The position numbers were made by a program, and so were the translations under genes. Shown piece by piece: positions 1 to 12,508 of a stretch of DNA of 64,000 bases. The stretch's first letter is position 1. Each line of letters begins with the position of its first letter. The stretch spans positions 248,001 to 312,000 of the forward strand of contig AP026137.1 of the NCBI GenBank assembly GCA_030295235.1, given 5' to 3'. The stretch is from Fistulifera solaris (lineage: Eukaryota). The notes below the pieces were generated by a model. That model did not search any database and was not told the origin of the DNA. It saw only the letters and a list, made by a program, of their open reading frames with translations.

Positions 1-3000
1 TAACTTCCCGGTGCTCCTGGTGGCCCCGGTCGTCCTGGGGGACCAGGCATTGGGCCCGGTGGACCAGCAGCAGGTAAACGAGCTCCAGCAGACGCACCAG
101 GGTTGTGAACAAAGTCCATGAACTCTAAATAACTGTGGGTACCTCCTTGGAACGATGCACGGTCTTCGACCATAAACCAAAAGAATCGCCCTTCCCAGAA
201 AGCGTCACCCTCTTTTACGATATTTATTTTTGCACTGACGGTGTAGGGATCGGCAACATCATCACGTAATGCGTGCACGATGGCACCGAATCGAGTTGCG
301 AACGAGTCACCACTCGTCAACACCTTGATCTGATAAAAAGATAAAAAACAATCAAATTAAGTCTCTAAGGTTGAAAAAGAAAACAAAACAACGGAAGTCT
401 TGCTTACCTGCTGAGGATCAACATCGTCTAGTGAGTGGACGCCGAACAAGGATCCGATCACATTCATATCGGCCGTCCGTCCAACCCAGAGATACATTTC
501 AACGCCGTTGTCAAGCAAAAAGACGCCATCGCTGGTCAACCTTTCTACGCTAAGATTGGCTACAGGGGGTAGCAGAATTCGGTTGCGTCCCGCCGTTGTG
601 TCCTCGTCGCTTTCGTTCACCGAGTCTTCGCTAGGAAGACCCGCCGACTCGCCCATATTGTGAATCTCAAACATACGAGGATACACATAGTGTTTCGAGT
701 CTTCGACATACATAGTGTTCAACAAATGATGCGCCTGAATTCTCTCATCTGGATGCACATCAGTTCCACCACGAAACGCAACATTCTTCATCATTGCAAG
801 AGTGTAAAGGGGGAGCAATTGCAAATTATCCGGAATGGATTTGTCCTCTCCTGCTCCTCCAACGCTTTGATCCGCCGGAGGCACAGCGTAACCAGAAACC
901 ATGCGCTTATCCCCTCCCTTGGCAGAACGAATCACTTCCACGCAGACTTGTTGCATTCGCATGCGTGCTTGGTCCAGGCCTGTCTTCAGCGAGAAATCAA
1001 GGGCCTGCTTAGCCATCAGCGCCGAGCAAGCATCGCAATCAATAGAAGCAATAACATCGGAGGTCGACGAAGTGACGGGAAGGGCTTGAGTCATCACGCG
1101 AATTCGACGTTCACCCACAGAACTCGTGTACAAAAGCGCCGCTTGCACTGTGACAAAGCTCTGTAGCAAATTTTGATCATCATGCGCCAAGTCGAATGCA
1201 TAAATTGAATCCGTATTACAATTGGGCAATGCCATCAGATCTTGTCCACGAATGAAGAAGTTTCCGTAGAAATTGGTAATCTTCATTCCCTTAGTACAGC
1301 GAATACGCATCACAGCCTCAAAAGCAGTTGTTTGGGTGAGGTTCTTGTTCAACTGCTCTTCAAAACGCTGACCATCACGTTCTAAATTGAACGACGGATA
1401 AGAGTGAAGGGTACCCGCGGTGTATTTGGGTAAATCGCCCAAGGATGCCAAATCCATGTATTGATACGGAAACAAGTACATGTCTACCGAAATCTGGTTC
1501 CGACTAAATTCAATGGCGGTATCTTTGTACCATGTATTTTCTGGACGAAGAACTTTCACTTCGTTGGGTGTTCCCATCAAGGCGGGCTGTTCGCGTGGTT
1601 TCAGACTACCGTCTCCCATATTGGGCAGAATGGATTGAAAGACGCACATTTTGCCGCCTATATCCTTCATCACGGTATATGCAGCCTTGAGCGCCGATCC
1701 GAGACAAGACTGCGATACGACTGGGTTGGCAGCAAACATATCGGGCAAATTATCCAAGAAGGTATCCACCACGGCACGCGATTCCCGCAAATTGACCAAT
1801 AAGTGTTCTGGCAACGGAACGAAAAGGTTCTTCAAGTCCGAAACGACCAACATCTGCGGACTCGACAGATCTGGAGCCAAGTTGTAGTAATGAACCGAGC
1901 TGTCGAATGTCACAAATGCCACCTTGGTGCGACCAAGTCCAGGTAGATCATCCAAACTCGCTTTGATTCCCTGAGCGGCAGCTGCCAACATACCACTGCG
2001 CACCGCGGTCGCACTGACATCGAGTACAAAGAAGTAGGACGGTTCCTGCGGGGGTCGCACCATGTATTCGGCCGGAGCCACGTACTCCACAATCGCCTTG
2101 GATAACTCGGGTCGTTCCAAGCGATCCCGGCGCAATCCCTGTTCATCCAAGTGACAAAAGTACGCCGAGGGACAGTCGTTGACTTGACCGCAAATGTTAC
2201 AACGCCATTTGCGACCGTGTTCGGACCAACTGACGAACGCATTAATGTACGTACGACAGCGCTTACATCGCACAATTCCGGCCGTCCTGGGCACCACGGT
2301 AGCAACTTCTTCCTCATCAGGAGCCAAGGGAGCCAAGGGTCGAAGAATGCCACCCAACGGTACTTTGCAAGCCGTCGCTTGATTGGCCGATTGCGGAAGC
2401 TTTCCGCACGCCAATCGAAAAATGCGTTCGGGAATCTGAATGCTGTAATCGACATTTTCATTGACCGGTGCGGCACCCGGCAGAGCTCCCGGCATCATTC
2501 CCGGAGCGGCGGGTCCAGCCGGTGCCTGCTGGTAAAAGTTCGAGGGAGCCGGTTGCGAAGGGGCAGCCGGAGGTGCCGACATCATCTGGGGAGCGCCAGG
2601 ACGAGGTGCGGCGGGCTGAAAAATTTGGGGTCCCGGAGGAACAACATCGCCGCGTCCTGGAGGAGCTTGGAAGTCGGCAGGCTGCGGTGGAGGTGGTGCC
2701 CCAACGGCAGGAGGAGGCTGAAAACCAGGTTAGGGTACAGCCCCACCGGGAGGCCCGAACGATCCCGGAGGGCGAAACGTGTTGCCTGGAGCAGGAGGAG
2801 CACCTCTGAATAGTCGGTCGCGAAAGTAGAAAGAGTAAGGAAGTGAGAAAGGAGTACAATAGAAAAGACACAAATTGCTTGTCTTTTAAGCGACATATCA
2901 CGACACAAACGCTTCGGCATGACTTACCCGGGTGCACCCATTTGACCCGGCGGCGGCGGGGGAGCAAACCTTGCCCTGATTGCAACGACATGTTTCCCAT

Positions 3001-3145
3001 TGCTGAATTTAATTGTGTCGTCCCCTGAGCTTGAAAGGGAGGAGGAGGAGCAGCCGTACCTCCTGCAGGGGGGAGGCGGCTGAAACCGTCCGCCAGCGGG
3101 AGGCGGAACAAAACGTTGATTTGGAGGCGGCGGGAAGTTTGACAT
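1..3145 (-). CDS. SEC24: COPII coat protein Sec24; spliced, 3' end runs off the window
   Basis: Zinc finger CKRCRTYIN...WRCNIC, trunk domain PSYFFVLDVS, AFEAVMRIRC, RRIRVMT and gelsolin-like GVFLLDNG. Pro-rich N-terminus from ATG 3145. GT-AG introns at about 2806-2927 and 330-407; indels in the Pro-rich part. Confidence 0.95.
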
Positions 3146-3647
3146 TTTTGCTTTTCAGCTTAAACCAATGATTCAAAGGAGCGCGACGAATAGCAATGAC
3201 AATTATCAGGACTATATCTTTCCTAAAAGCAATTTCAAAGAGCCAATGCAATGTTTGTTTTGTTTCTCAACGGTACGAACGCACTGCGTGTTTTTTGCGA
3301 TGTCTCTTTTTATTTTTGACGGTCGACGGTCGACCGTCCATTTTGTTTGCGTTTGGCTTTACTTTTACGCCATAGAGTAAATTACGCAGTGTACACGGAG
3401 TAGTACAAAGTCATTCTTGGTCGGCGTACAGACGCATAGTCATTCAGCACACGATTACCGCTACGATATAATGACAGTCTGAAAGGGAAGCGAAAACTCT
3501 AGGATCAGCTTGATATTACACTTGAGGTTTAGGTCGACCGCTAACATGTTGCAACTCTTCTCTGTCCACAAAGCAAATAAAAACAGCATAAAAATCTACA
3601 AAGAAACACTTCCTACGAAAAAAGGGAAATCAATTATCTCGAGCATT

Positions 3648-4929
3648 CTATTCTAACGTTATGATAAATGGTATAAACGACATAAAACAAACTCCACATC
3701 CCAACAAAGCAGAAATGGATGCATTCGAACGACGATTCACAAGAGCCGACTCAACTACCATTTTCGACTTCTTCACCCGGAAACGCTTCTCCCGCACATG
3801 AAAGGCATACACTTGTTCGTGAACGATACACATCAGCGCATGTACTTATCAAACGAATAGTACCCGGGAACAACGGTGTCACGAGAAACATGTGGAAGAT
3901 CGTCGTCCACGTAAGAACGGAAATGTGCTGGATGGACCAACTCTCCAAGATGATTTCGGGAAGAACATATTTTCTTCCAAGGTATTTTCAACACGACGAA
4001 AGCTGCGATCGAATCTGCGTTCGCTGGCCGGCCTCCTTCTGCAACTCCAATGACTTCGTCATAGTACAGGCATTGCTTCTCTCCATCCGTCAACGAATGA
4101 TGACTGGGAATCTCGATGACAATAGACACAAGGACTGGCTTAAAGCTAAAACGAGAACGACGATCACTCGCGAATGGATGACGACGCCAGTGTCAGCGAT
4201 GTAGACGACGACGATGATGATGATTCTGAAGTGTCACAAAGAAAAGCACTGGTCAACACTGCCGAAGCTGGAATCTCCGTCCCCCGTTCACATGCACCCA
4301 CGACAACATCTCGTCAGACAACGTGTAGATATCGCCGTCAGCAGACGAAACAACGCGACGGATCACTTGAAACGAATGCATCAACAGCATCGCTTTTGAA
4401 GTCAGCTGGGAATGAAGGAAACACAGACTGCAAACCATGAATACTCGTCGTTCGTCGGGCGCTTGAAAGCAGGCTTCACGAACTTCTTCACCGCAGCCCC
4501 AAGTCCGCGAGCAATGCTGGAACGACGACGGGCGCTTTAGTGTCAACAAAGCATTCGAGCGCACACGCCAGCATCGCCGGGGCAAGAAGCAAGACTGCAT
4601 GAACGCACCGCAAGAGCTTCCTCCGCTGTAAGTCCTTCGCTAATCTCTGCCCACAGCAGCATTTCTTCAAGCGTTGGCATGTCCTCAATCGGCGAGAAGA
4701 CCCAAGCGCGCAACTCGTCGACACTGTCATTCTGGTCGATCATCACGTAAGATACATTGGAAACGAACGGCAAACTGTCCAGTTTTTCATCAACTTTCTT
4801 CAAATCGATGGGGACCTTGTAAGACGCAGGCGAGCTGCGGTGACGCAGATTCGCTTGCTTCCGCTTGAAAACCGACTTTACGCGACTCCGGAGGTTTCGA
4901 GAAGATGTTAACAAGCTTCTGATTTGCAT
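3648..4929 (-). CDS. Uncharacterised RVxF/HLGELxHPAxF family protein, subfamily A copy 1 (frameshifted in assembly)
   Basis: Starts MQIRSLL at 4929; RSRFSFKPVLVSIVIEIP...EKQCLYYD...RNHLGELVHPAHFRSY across frames. Close nucleotide paralog at 15100-16344. The 3' end is approximate. Confidence 0.7.
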
Positions 4930-5336
4930 TTGATGTCAATTGATTGATACAATAGGCAATAGTAAGTGTAAAGGCAACAAAACGGGTTTTTGTGAATTTT
5001 TTGCTGCTGCGGCGGCGCTGCTGCTGACGGACGACGTATAGACCGTTCTGAAAGAGTACCGCATTGCATGATTTCATATTTTCTTCATACATCGGAAATA
5101 CCTCAATGACTCTTAGCGGTACTTGTCGATCGTAGCTGGTAGTAGTCTAGACTAAAAGGTATAATAGTCTCTAAACTTGCAAACTTTAATAAAATGCTAG
5201 ACAAGTATTCAATATTTTTATAGTAAATAAACTACACTAAGGCAATTGTTGACGCAAAACGACTTTAAAACTCTTTTATTTTTTTAAGTTGGCAGTTGAT
5301 CATGATGAAACGAGACGAACGAAAGCAAAACGCATT

Positions 5337-6273
5337 TCAAAGCGAGAAGAACCATAACTCAACACAAACGATGCGAATGCGCACTAAATACCTTCGGAAA
5401 CAGCCTTGGATGTGGATGTTAGAGCAAATATAAAAATGCGGCGGTTGCAACTGCATTGATCGGCAAAAACCGACCACAGAGACCCACACACAAAATTTAT
5501 GGCTGTGTGGTAGAGTGGAAGATCCCGTGCAGCTTGGCGTCATAGAAGCGCTGCCGTACTCAAGCATGTAGTACATGAAGACCCTCCACGACGAGAAGCC
5601 CGGAACAGAAGTACCAGGGCGAACTTCAGTCAACAGAGCACCAGCGAGAGTACGGTAGGAAATGAGCGGGATGGATTAACTCTCCGAGGTGATTGTGAAA
5701 GAACATATCCTCTTCAAACACATTCTCGATGCAACGGAAGCTTCCTTCAAACGCAACTTCCATTGCGCTCTTATTCGCCTCCGCCTCCAACGTCAGCTTG
5801 TCAGTATACAAACGTTGCTTCTCTTCCACCGACATTGAAAAACAACTGGAAATCTCGATGACACTGGTTACAAGCTCCGAAGCAAAGGTGACGCGACGAA
5901 CACGACGCTGAATCAAGGATGTCAGGTCACTCTCGTTCGAAAGGACCGAACTAGCAGCAATGCTAGCGGTGTCGCACTCAGCGAAGTCAATCTCGTGTAC
6001 CGACGACATCAGCCGTTCTCGCGAACGACGCATCACTTCATTCGCTTCGATAGGTGACGTTAAAGCGAGCATGATATCTTCACGTCTCTCTTCTTCCCGA
6101 GAACACAGCACCGGAGACGACAAGTGCATCATTATCATACCTCGACTCAACCGCAGGTTCATGCGACATTCGCGAACGCTTTGCTCAGGACTTTCTGCTC
6201 GCTTTTCCGGGGCAGACGAGTTCACGTGACTGTTAATGCTTAAAGCAGCATCAAATTGGGTAGAAACTTGCAT
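5337..6273 (-). CDS. Uncharacterised RVxF/HLGELxHPAxF family protein, subfamily B
   Basis: MQVSTQ start at 6273; RRVRRVTFASELVTSVIEI...EEKQRLYTD...ENVFEEDMFFHNHLGELIHPAHFLPY. The shifted-frame continuation VPGFSSWRVFMYYM matches the VPGYYSF / ITGYCS block of the other copies. Confidence 0.75.
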
Positions 6274-6347
6274 TGTTTTGGTTGGATAGACGATAATATC
6301 GATTCTAGTTTGCAAAGGGGGTGTTTTTGTGTTTTTTGCTATGCTGC

Positions 6348-6814
6348 TGTTGAAATCTCTACCGCGGTATCAGGGACTCCACACACCCCAGACGAAAGAC
6401 TATTGAAACACAACTTTGCTCCAAACACTCGTTTACAGAATTATGACGATTTCCTACGATTACTTTTGCTCTCCTCTTTTCCACTGGTTTACGATCTGAT
6501 CTTGACTTGATCGTGCCAAGTCCATTTCTCCGATAACAACTTTAAAATAAAAACAGATAATTCTCCCGAGCCACCAGATTCTTCATTTCGCATTCCTTAG
6601 CAACAACCATCGTCCATAATTGCACATTAGATTCTTCCGTGATCCCAAATCCCCAAACATATAGTTCAAACACTTCCGAAAACTCCGTTTACGAATAGAG
6701 TCACTCCCAATAAACTAAACGGTCATTTCGAACCATTCCGACATTCGCTGACGTGTCCACTCATGACTGACAATCTTTCAGTCCGACACTCAACCTTGAT
6801 CACTCTCTTTGACA
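6348..6814 (-). repeat. 3' LTR of Copia element (467 bp)
   Basis: Direct repeat of 11192-11677; starts TGTTGAAA and ends TTTGACA on the + strand. Confidence 0.95.
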
Positions 6815-9800
6815 TCCTCCCTGTCGGCTGCTAAGATTAGCTGCGTCATGAGTCCCTCTCTAACAACCGGCACCAACAGATCATGGATTTTCTCTGTCAC
6901 ATTCTTGGTCTCCAGATCTGCAATGTTCCTTTCCGATCGAGTAAACTTCACAACCAGCCTAGCTTCTTCTTCCTCCGTTGCAGCCATCATTTCTCTGATA
7001 AAATGCATCCGGATATCGATGTGTTTCGTCCTATTCCCCACAACTTGGTTCTCCATCAAGAAGATTGCGCCCGTATTATCTTCAAACAACGTAGCCGGTC
7101 GAATCTTCACCTTCGGAAACAACTCTTCGAATAGCATCTGCAAAAACTTGATGTCCGTCGCACACGTAGATGCCGCGTAATATTCCGCCTCCGACTTCGA
7201 CAATGTCACCGCCGGTTGCAACTTGCTTGAAAAGCCACACAAACAACCTCCAATGGTAACAAAGTAACCAGTAACACTTTTCCGCGTCTCCTTGTTCGTA
7301 GCAAAGTTCGAATCCACCCATGCGTAAACCTTCAAATCAACAGGCTCGCGCAACTTCAAATCAACGTCCGTACTCTCGAGATAGCCAACCAATCTCTTCA
7401 TCGCTCTCCAATGTTCTTCACCTGGCGAATCCATAAACATTGCAAGTTCCCTAACCGCATTTCCACATTCCGGAGCTACTTTCCGCACCAGCCACATGAG
7501 ACGCCCGAAACTTCCGATACTGATCCTTGTTCACTGGTTCGCCTTCGTGCTTCACAAGCGATTCCCCTGGATATCCCGGTGTCTTCTCCGCTTTCAACGG
7601 TCCAATCAGCTCCTTCCAATCTTTCACTATCTCATCCTTGTACTCATCCATTCGCACTTCGTAAAACTCTGCTGCTTCATCTGACTTTCTCTCGCACCAA
7701 ACTCCCAAGTGTTTCTGAATAGGGCCCAACTCCGTAATGTTGAAGCGCTTCTTGATCTCTTTCTTGAACCAATTGATTTCCTCTTGGGGACCGGCAAGGA
7801 TACAATCATCGACATACACAACGATGATCAAAACTGTCTCGCCGTTCACCACTTTAAACCAAACACACGGATCCGCAGCGCTCTGAATAAGCCCCAGCTT
7901 CCTCAACTCGGCACAGTAGAGCATGAAGTACTCTCTTGGACTCTGAACCAAACCGTACATGGCTCTCTCCAATAGAATGATGTAGTCAATCAATTCCTCA
8001 TACGTGATGTACCCAAACTCATATAGCCCAAAGGGCCATTCAAGATACACCTCCTCTCTCAACTTCGGCTTCCAGAAACGCGGCCTCAACGTCAATAACT
8101 TCCGTCACCCACATCTTCTTCCACATGTATAACACAACTGCCAATACCATTCGAACCGACATATCCAATGCAACAGGTGAATGCGAAAGAGTAAAGTCCA
8201 CACCAGGGATTTGAACAAACCCCCGCTGCAAGACAAGTCCGGAAGCTTTGAAACGAATTCCTGTCGCCTCTTTCTTCTTCTTGAAAATCCACTTCGGTAG
8301 TGACAGGCTTTCGTCCTCTCTCCTTCATCTGCTTTCTAGGAACCATCTTCCAAGCATCTCTCTTGATGAAGTTCTCAATCTCCTTCTTCATTGCCTCTTT
8401 CCACTTGTCTGCATCCCGGACCAACCAAAGCTTCCTTGTAAGTTTTCGGTGCACCAGGATCCGACACCAACTCCGTATTCAAAACATAATGAAAATAACC
8501 TTCCGACACATCAATGGCATTGACCTCTCCTCCTTTGGCGTTCATTGTTGGGTTGTATGAAGTGTTCAGCCTTGCCATCTCTCTATTCAGTCTTTTCACT
8601 GTCAATTGCGTCTCTTTCGGCTGATTCGGTGCTGGAGTATTGTCCGCCGTAGCCTCAGGTACCAGAGCTTCCGTAGGACCTTCCACAGCCTCTTCGACAA
8701 CTTCCTCTGCCGCTTTCTCTTCGACAACTTTCCTCCCTGCTCCAGCATCGACATCTGCGAGCAACACCGGCCGAATTGTGACTTCCTCCCCAATTTGATC
8801 ATCCTTTAGGTCGACTTCCATTCCAGTTGCAAACATCCTCAACTCTAATGCAACCGAAGCACTCGAACCATGCCAATCTGCCCAAGTGACGTCACGCGAG
8901 AGAATGACAATATTTTCCTCCGGCTTGTAAACTCGACACGTATCGCCTGAATGCGAATCCGCGTATCCAACCATCACACATTTCACTGCCTTCTTCTCCA
9001 TCTTTCGCTGTTTGTTGCGTGAAAGTCACGTATCCAATCCGCCCCCACTGAACCAAGTGTTGCAATATCTTAGGATGCTCGCCGTACCACGCATAATCCG
9101 GGCTCGATTCCACATTCCGATTAGGGACAGCGTTATCCAACTTTGTTGCCGTGTGAACAGCCTCCGGCCACAACTTTCCTTGATGCTCATCCGGCAACTT
9201 CGCCAACATCATCGCAAGGGCCTTATCGCCGAATTGTCGTGAACTTTCTCTCAACAACACCGTTCATCTGCGGAGTATGTGGGGCAGTAAACTCCATAGC
9301 TATGCCCCTCGACTCACATATCTCCTGAATCTTTCCGTTCTCGCCTGCATTATCACACCGAATGTATTTCACGTTTACGCTCGGATCTCCCTTCAAGCGA
9401 TCAAGAAACAACGTCATGATATTCCCAATCATCGACTTCTTCAGTAACAAAGAAACTCCAAGCCTTGCGCGTGTAGTCATCCACCAATAAGATCCAGTAG
9501 CAACTCTGTCCCAACGATTTCTTGTAGGGCCCGCTGATGTCCACATAGAATCGTTCTCCTTTCGCGACTTTGGTCGCCGTTGACTTGCACACCGACTTCG
9601 CCGCTTTGCATACGCTGCACGCCTCGCATGTCTCCTTAGTTCCAGTCAACTCAATTCCTAACTGTTTCATGAGGCTCTTCAACGAACGTCGCTTGCATGT
9701 CCGTACATCTCGTGCGCCAGCGTTTATGTCCATCTTCACTTTCGTCTCGACAGCATGGACATTGGACTTCACAACACTGCCCTTCAGATAGTACAACCCA

Positions 9801-11133
9801 TAATGTGACTGAGGCACCGTCAACACACTCTTTCCCGAAGGGTCAGTAATCTTCATCGCACAACTGGTCATCTCAATCTTGCACCCTTGCTTCACTAGAG
9901 CCCCTGTACTTATGATATTCTTCAGCGAACGTCGGCACCACCTTGACTTCACTCAACTTCATAGTACCACCCACAGTAGCGAGCTCGAGTATACCCTTCT
10001 TGTGTACTTTGACTTCCGTTCCGTCACCAACAATCAAAGACTCCTTCGGTCGAAACAACATCGCGCAAAATTGTTTCATCAACAACAACATGGCACGTCG
10101 CTCCACTGTCGAGAAGAAACTTGTCCTTGTCTTCGACCTTCAACACTTCGACCGCACCAACTTGATGAACAACTCCACAGAACTCTTCGCCGCCTTTGCC
10201 GACCTCATAGCACATGCCCACAAACGTGTTCAACTCCTTGTTGTCCGACTTCGAATCCTTGCCATTCGACTTCTCTGGACACTCGCGACTGAAGTGGCCT
10301 TCCTTGCCACAGTTGAAGCAAACTTTCTTCTTGTCGCTCTTGCACTCCGCTGCCTTGTGTTCCCTGCTTGCCGCAGTTGCGGCACTTTCCCTGAACTTCT
10401 TCTTAAAGCCACCCTTGCCCTTCTCGACGCTTTTAATGCTAGATTTTTGTTTTCTTTTTTTTTCTTTTTTCTTTTTCTTCGCTTTTCTTCGTCGTCCTTG
10501 GGCTTGAAACAGCGCTTCCACTTGTTCCTGATTTCCTTCTCGAGGTCTTCAATCGAGGTCTCGTTGATCTTCCCGCTCAACTTGGTAATCACATCCGAAT
10601 ATTCTTCAGGAAGGTTGGCCAAGTAGTGGGCCTTCAACACGAAACTTGGCTTAACGTACTGCGATCCGATCGTCTTCAACTGATTCTGCAACCGATCGCA
10701 CTCCAAGAAGAACTTGTCGGGGTCATCCTCCTTCGGACGCCAACTTGCACCGACCAAACTCCGCCAACACTTCTGCCAAATCTTCCTCGCTGTTCCGGGC
10801 GTACTTCACATCCAAAAGCTTGAATGCCTCTCTCGCATCACCATCCGCTCTCTTGACAAGACCCAAAGGAACTCCTTCGCAAGCAATCACCAACAAGTCG
10901 ATGATCTCGAGATTGCTTCGATATAGCTCCTTGTCCTTCGCCGCCGCCGCCTCCCATCGCAACTTCTTTCGTGAGGAATCTCGGTCTTCAAGTCATCAAA
11001 CACACTGGTCCAACCTCGCTTCGTGATCAGCGACATCGTCTTGAACTTCCAATCATCGTGACGACTTCTCGGCGACCTTGTCATCCAACGGGTAGAAGGT
11101 CAAAGCCCTCATCTTCTCTCCCTCGTCGGCCAT
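6790..11133 (-). CDS. Copia gag-pol polyprotein (many frameshifts)
   Basis: Zinc knuckle CFNCGKEGHFSREC, protease FLLDSGATCH, integrase IRCDNAGE...TAPHTPQMNGVVER, RT LIIVVYVDD, RNase H WVDSNFA...RTKHIDIR...ADLETK. The last ORF reads into the 3' LTR. Confidence 0.9.
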
Positions 11134-11191
11134 CTTGTCTTGTCTTGTCTCGTAACTCTTTTTTTTTCTCAAACGCCCACGCTTTAAAGCG

Positions 11192-11677
11192 TGTTGAAAT
11201 CTCTACCGCGGTCTGTAACTGCTCTCGGCTATCGGGGACTCCACACACCCCAGACGAAAGACTATTGAAACACAACTTTGCTCCAAACACTCGTTTACAG
11301 AATTATGACGATTTCCTACGATTACTTTTGCTCTCCTCTTTTCCACTGGTTTACGATCTGATCTTGACTTGATCGTGCCAAGTCCATTTCTCCGATAACA
11401 ACTTTAAAATAAAAACAGATAATTCTCCCGAGCCACCAGATTCTTCATTTCGCATTCCTTAGCAACAACCATCGTCCATAATTGCACATTAGATTCTTCC
11501 GTGATCCCAAATCCCCAAACATATAGTTCGAAACACTTCCGAAAACTCTGTTTACGAATAGAGTCACTCCCAATAAACTAAACGGTCATTTCGAACCATT
11601 CCGACATTCGCTGACGTGTCCACTCATGACTGACAATCTTTCAGTCCGACACTCAACCTTGATCACTCTCTTTGACA
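11192..11677 (-). repeat. 5' LTR of Copia element (486 bp)
   Basis: Direct repeat of 6348-6814 with an extra 18 nt (TCTGTAACTGCTCTCGGC) and a few substitutions. Confidence 0.95.
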
Positions 11678-12508
11678 TGCTGCGGCGCTGCTGCTGTTGA
11701 CGAGCGGGGACAGAGCTGTTTGGTGGTAAGACATCGTTCTCTATGTAGTTGAAACCGGTCCGATTCATACTTGCAATAATAAGAGGCAGTTATTGATGCG
11801 ATGCGATGAAGAGCTACGATGATGCGATGATGGAGGATGAATGAATGAGAATAATAGGCGTTCAGAAAGGTTACCAGGTAATCCTCATATTCATTCTGCA
11901 ATTAAAGAAAAATGGCTTAGAGATTTGAGCAACCGATAATTTGTGGGGGATGCGGTGTAAGTACTCTGCTGCCCTACGAATTTTGCTCTTCGTCTGAAGC
12001 GACGAACTAGCCGTCCCGCAACGGTCTTCGGTCCAGCGTCCCCAAATTCGGTGGGCGATTAGCAGTCTGAGCTGGCAAATGCACGTAAAGGATACAATAC
12101 GGGAATTTTCATTTAGCCTGTGTTTAAGACGCCACAATACCTCAATAAGTGAATGATGTCAGAAGAAAGAGGAGACAGGACCCTTGACAGGACCTTGTTC
12201 ATGTTTAAGAAAGCGAAACCACAGCAAACGAGGGCAGGCCAGTTTGTAGATAAAGTGCTACAAGATCGAAGCATTATTGATAAGATCAGACAACATCATA
12301 CTGGTCTTCCCGTTTTGCAGGCTAGTGAGATTCTACTTTCTGCTGTAGTATCTACCTCCTTGCAACCAGTTTCACGGGCTGATCCCGACAAATCATCGAA
12401 GCTCAAAAAGGAATGAAGCAGACTACTGAAGGGCTAAAACGCTTCATCTTCACACTTTCAAACAAAAGTCGTTGCTACAGATTAAATGCTGGCGATGTGC
12501 GATAATAG

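Larger units (their letters stand above)
6348..11677 (-). mobile_element. Full-length Ty1/Copia LTR retrotransposon
   Basis: Two near-identical TG...CA LTRs (6348-6814, 11192-11677), TGCTGC on both flanks, purine tract AGGGAGGA before the 3' LTR, and domain order gag-PR-INT-RT-RH on the minus strand. Confidence 0.97.

Noticed and set aside
3391..3405. ACGGAGTA motifs resembling Stowaway MITE ends (also near 24031 and 24862)
   Set aside because: No matching inverted partner at a plausible distance.
6381..11372. Repeated plus-strand peptide SGTPHTPDERLLKHNF in two ORFs
   Set aside because: It is the translation of the two LTR copies, not a gene family.
11871..12416. Possible decayed transposase or gene fragment between the Copia and the dynamin
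   Set aside because: Short ORFs, no catalytic motif and no terminal repeats found.
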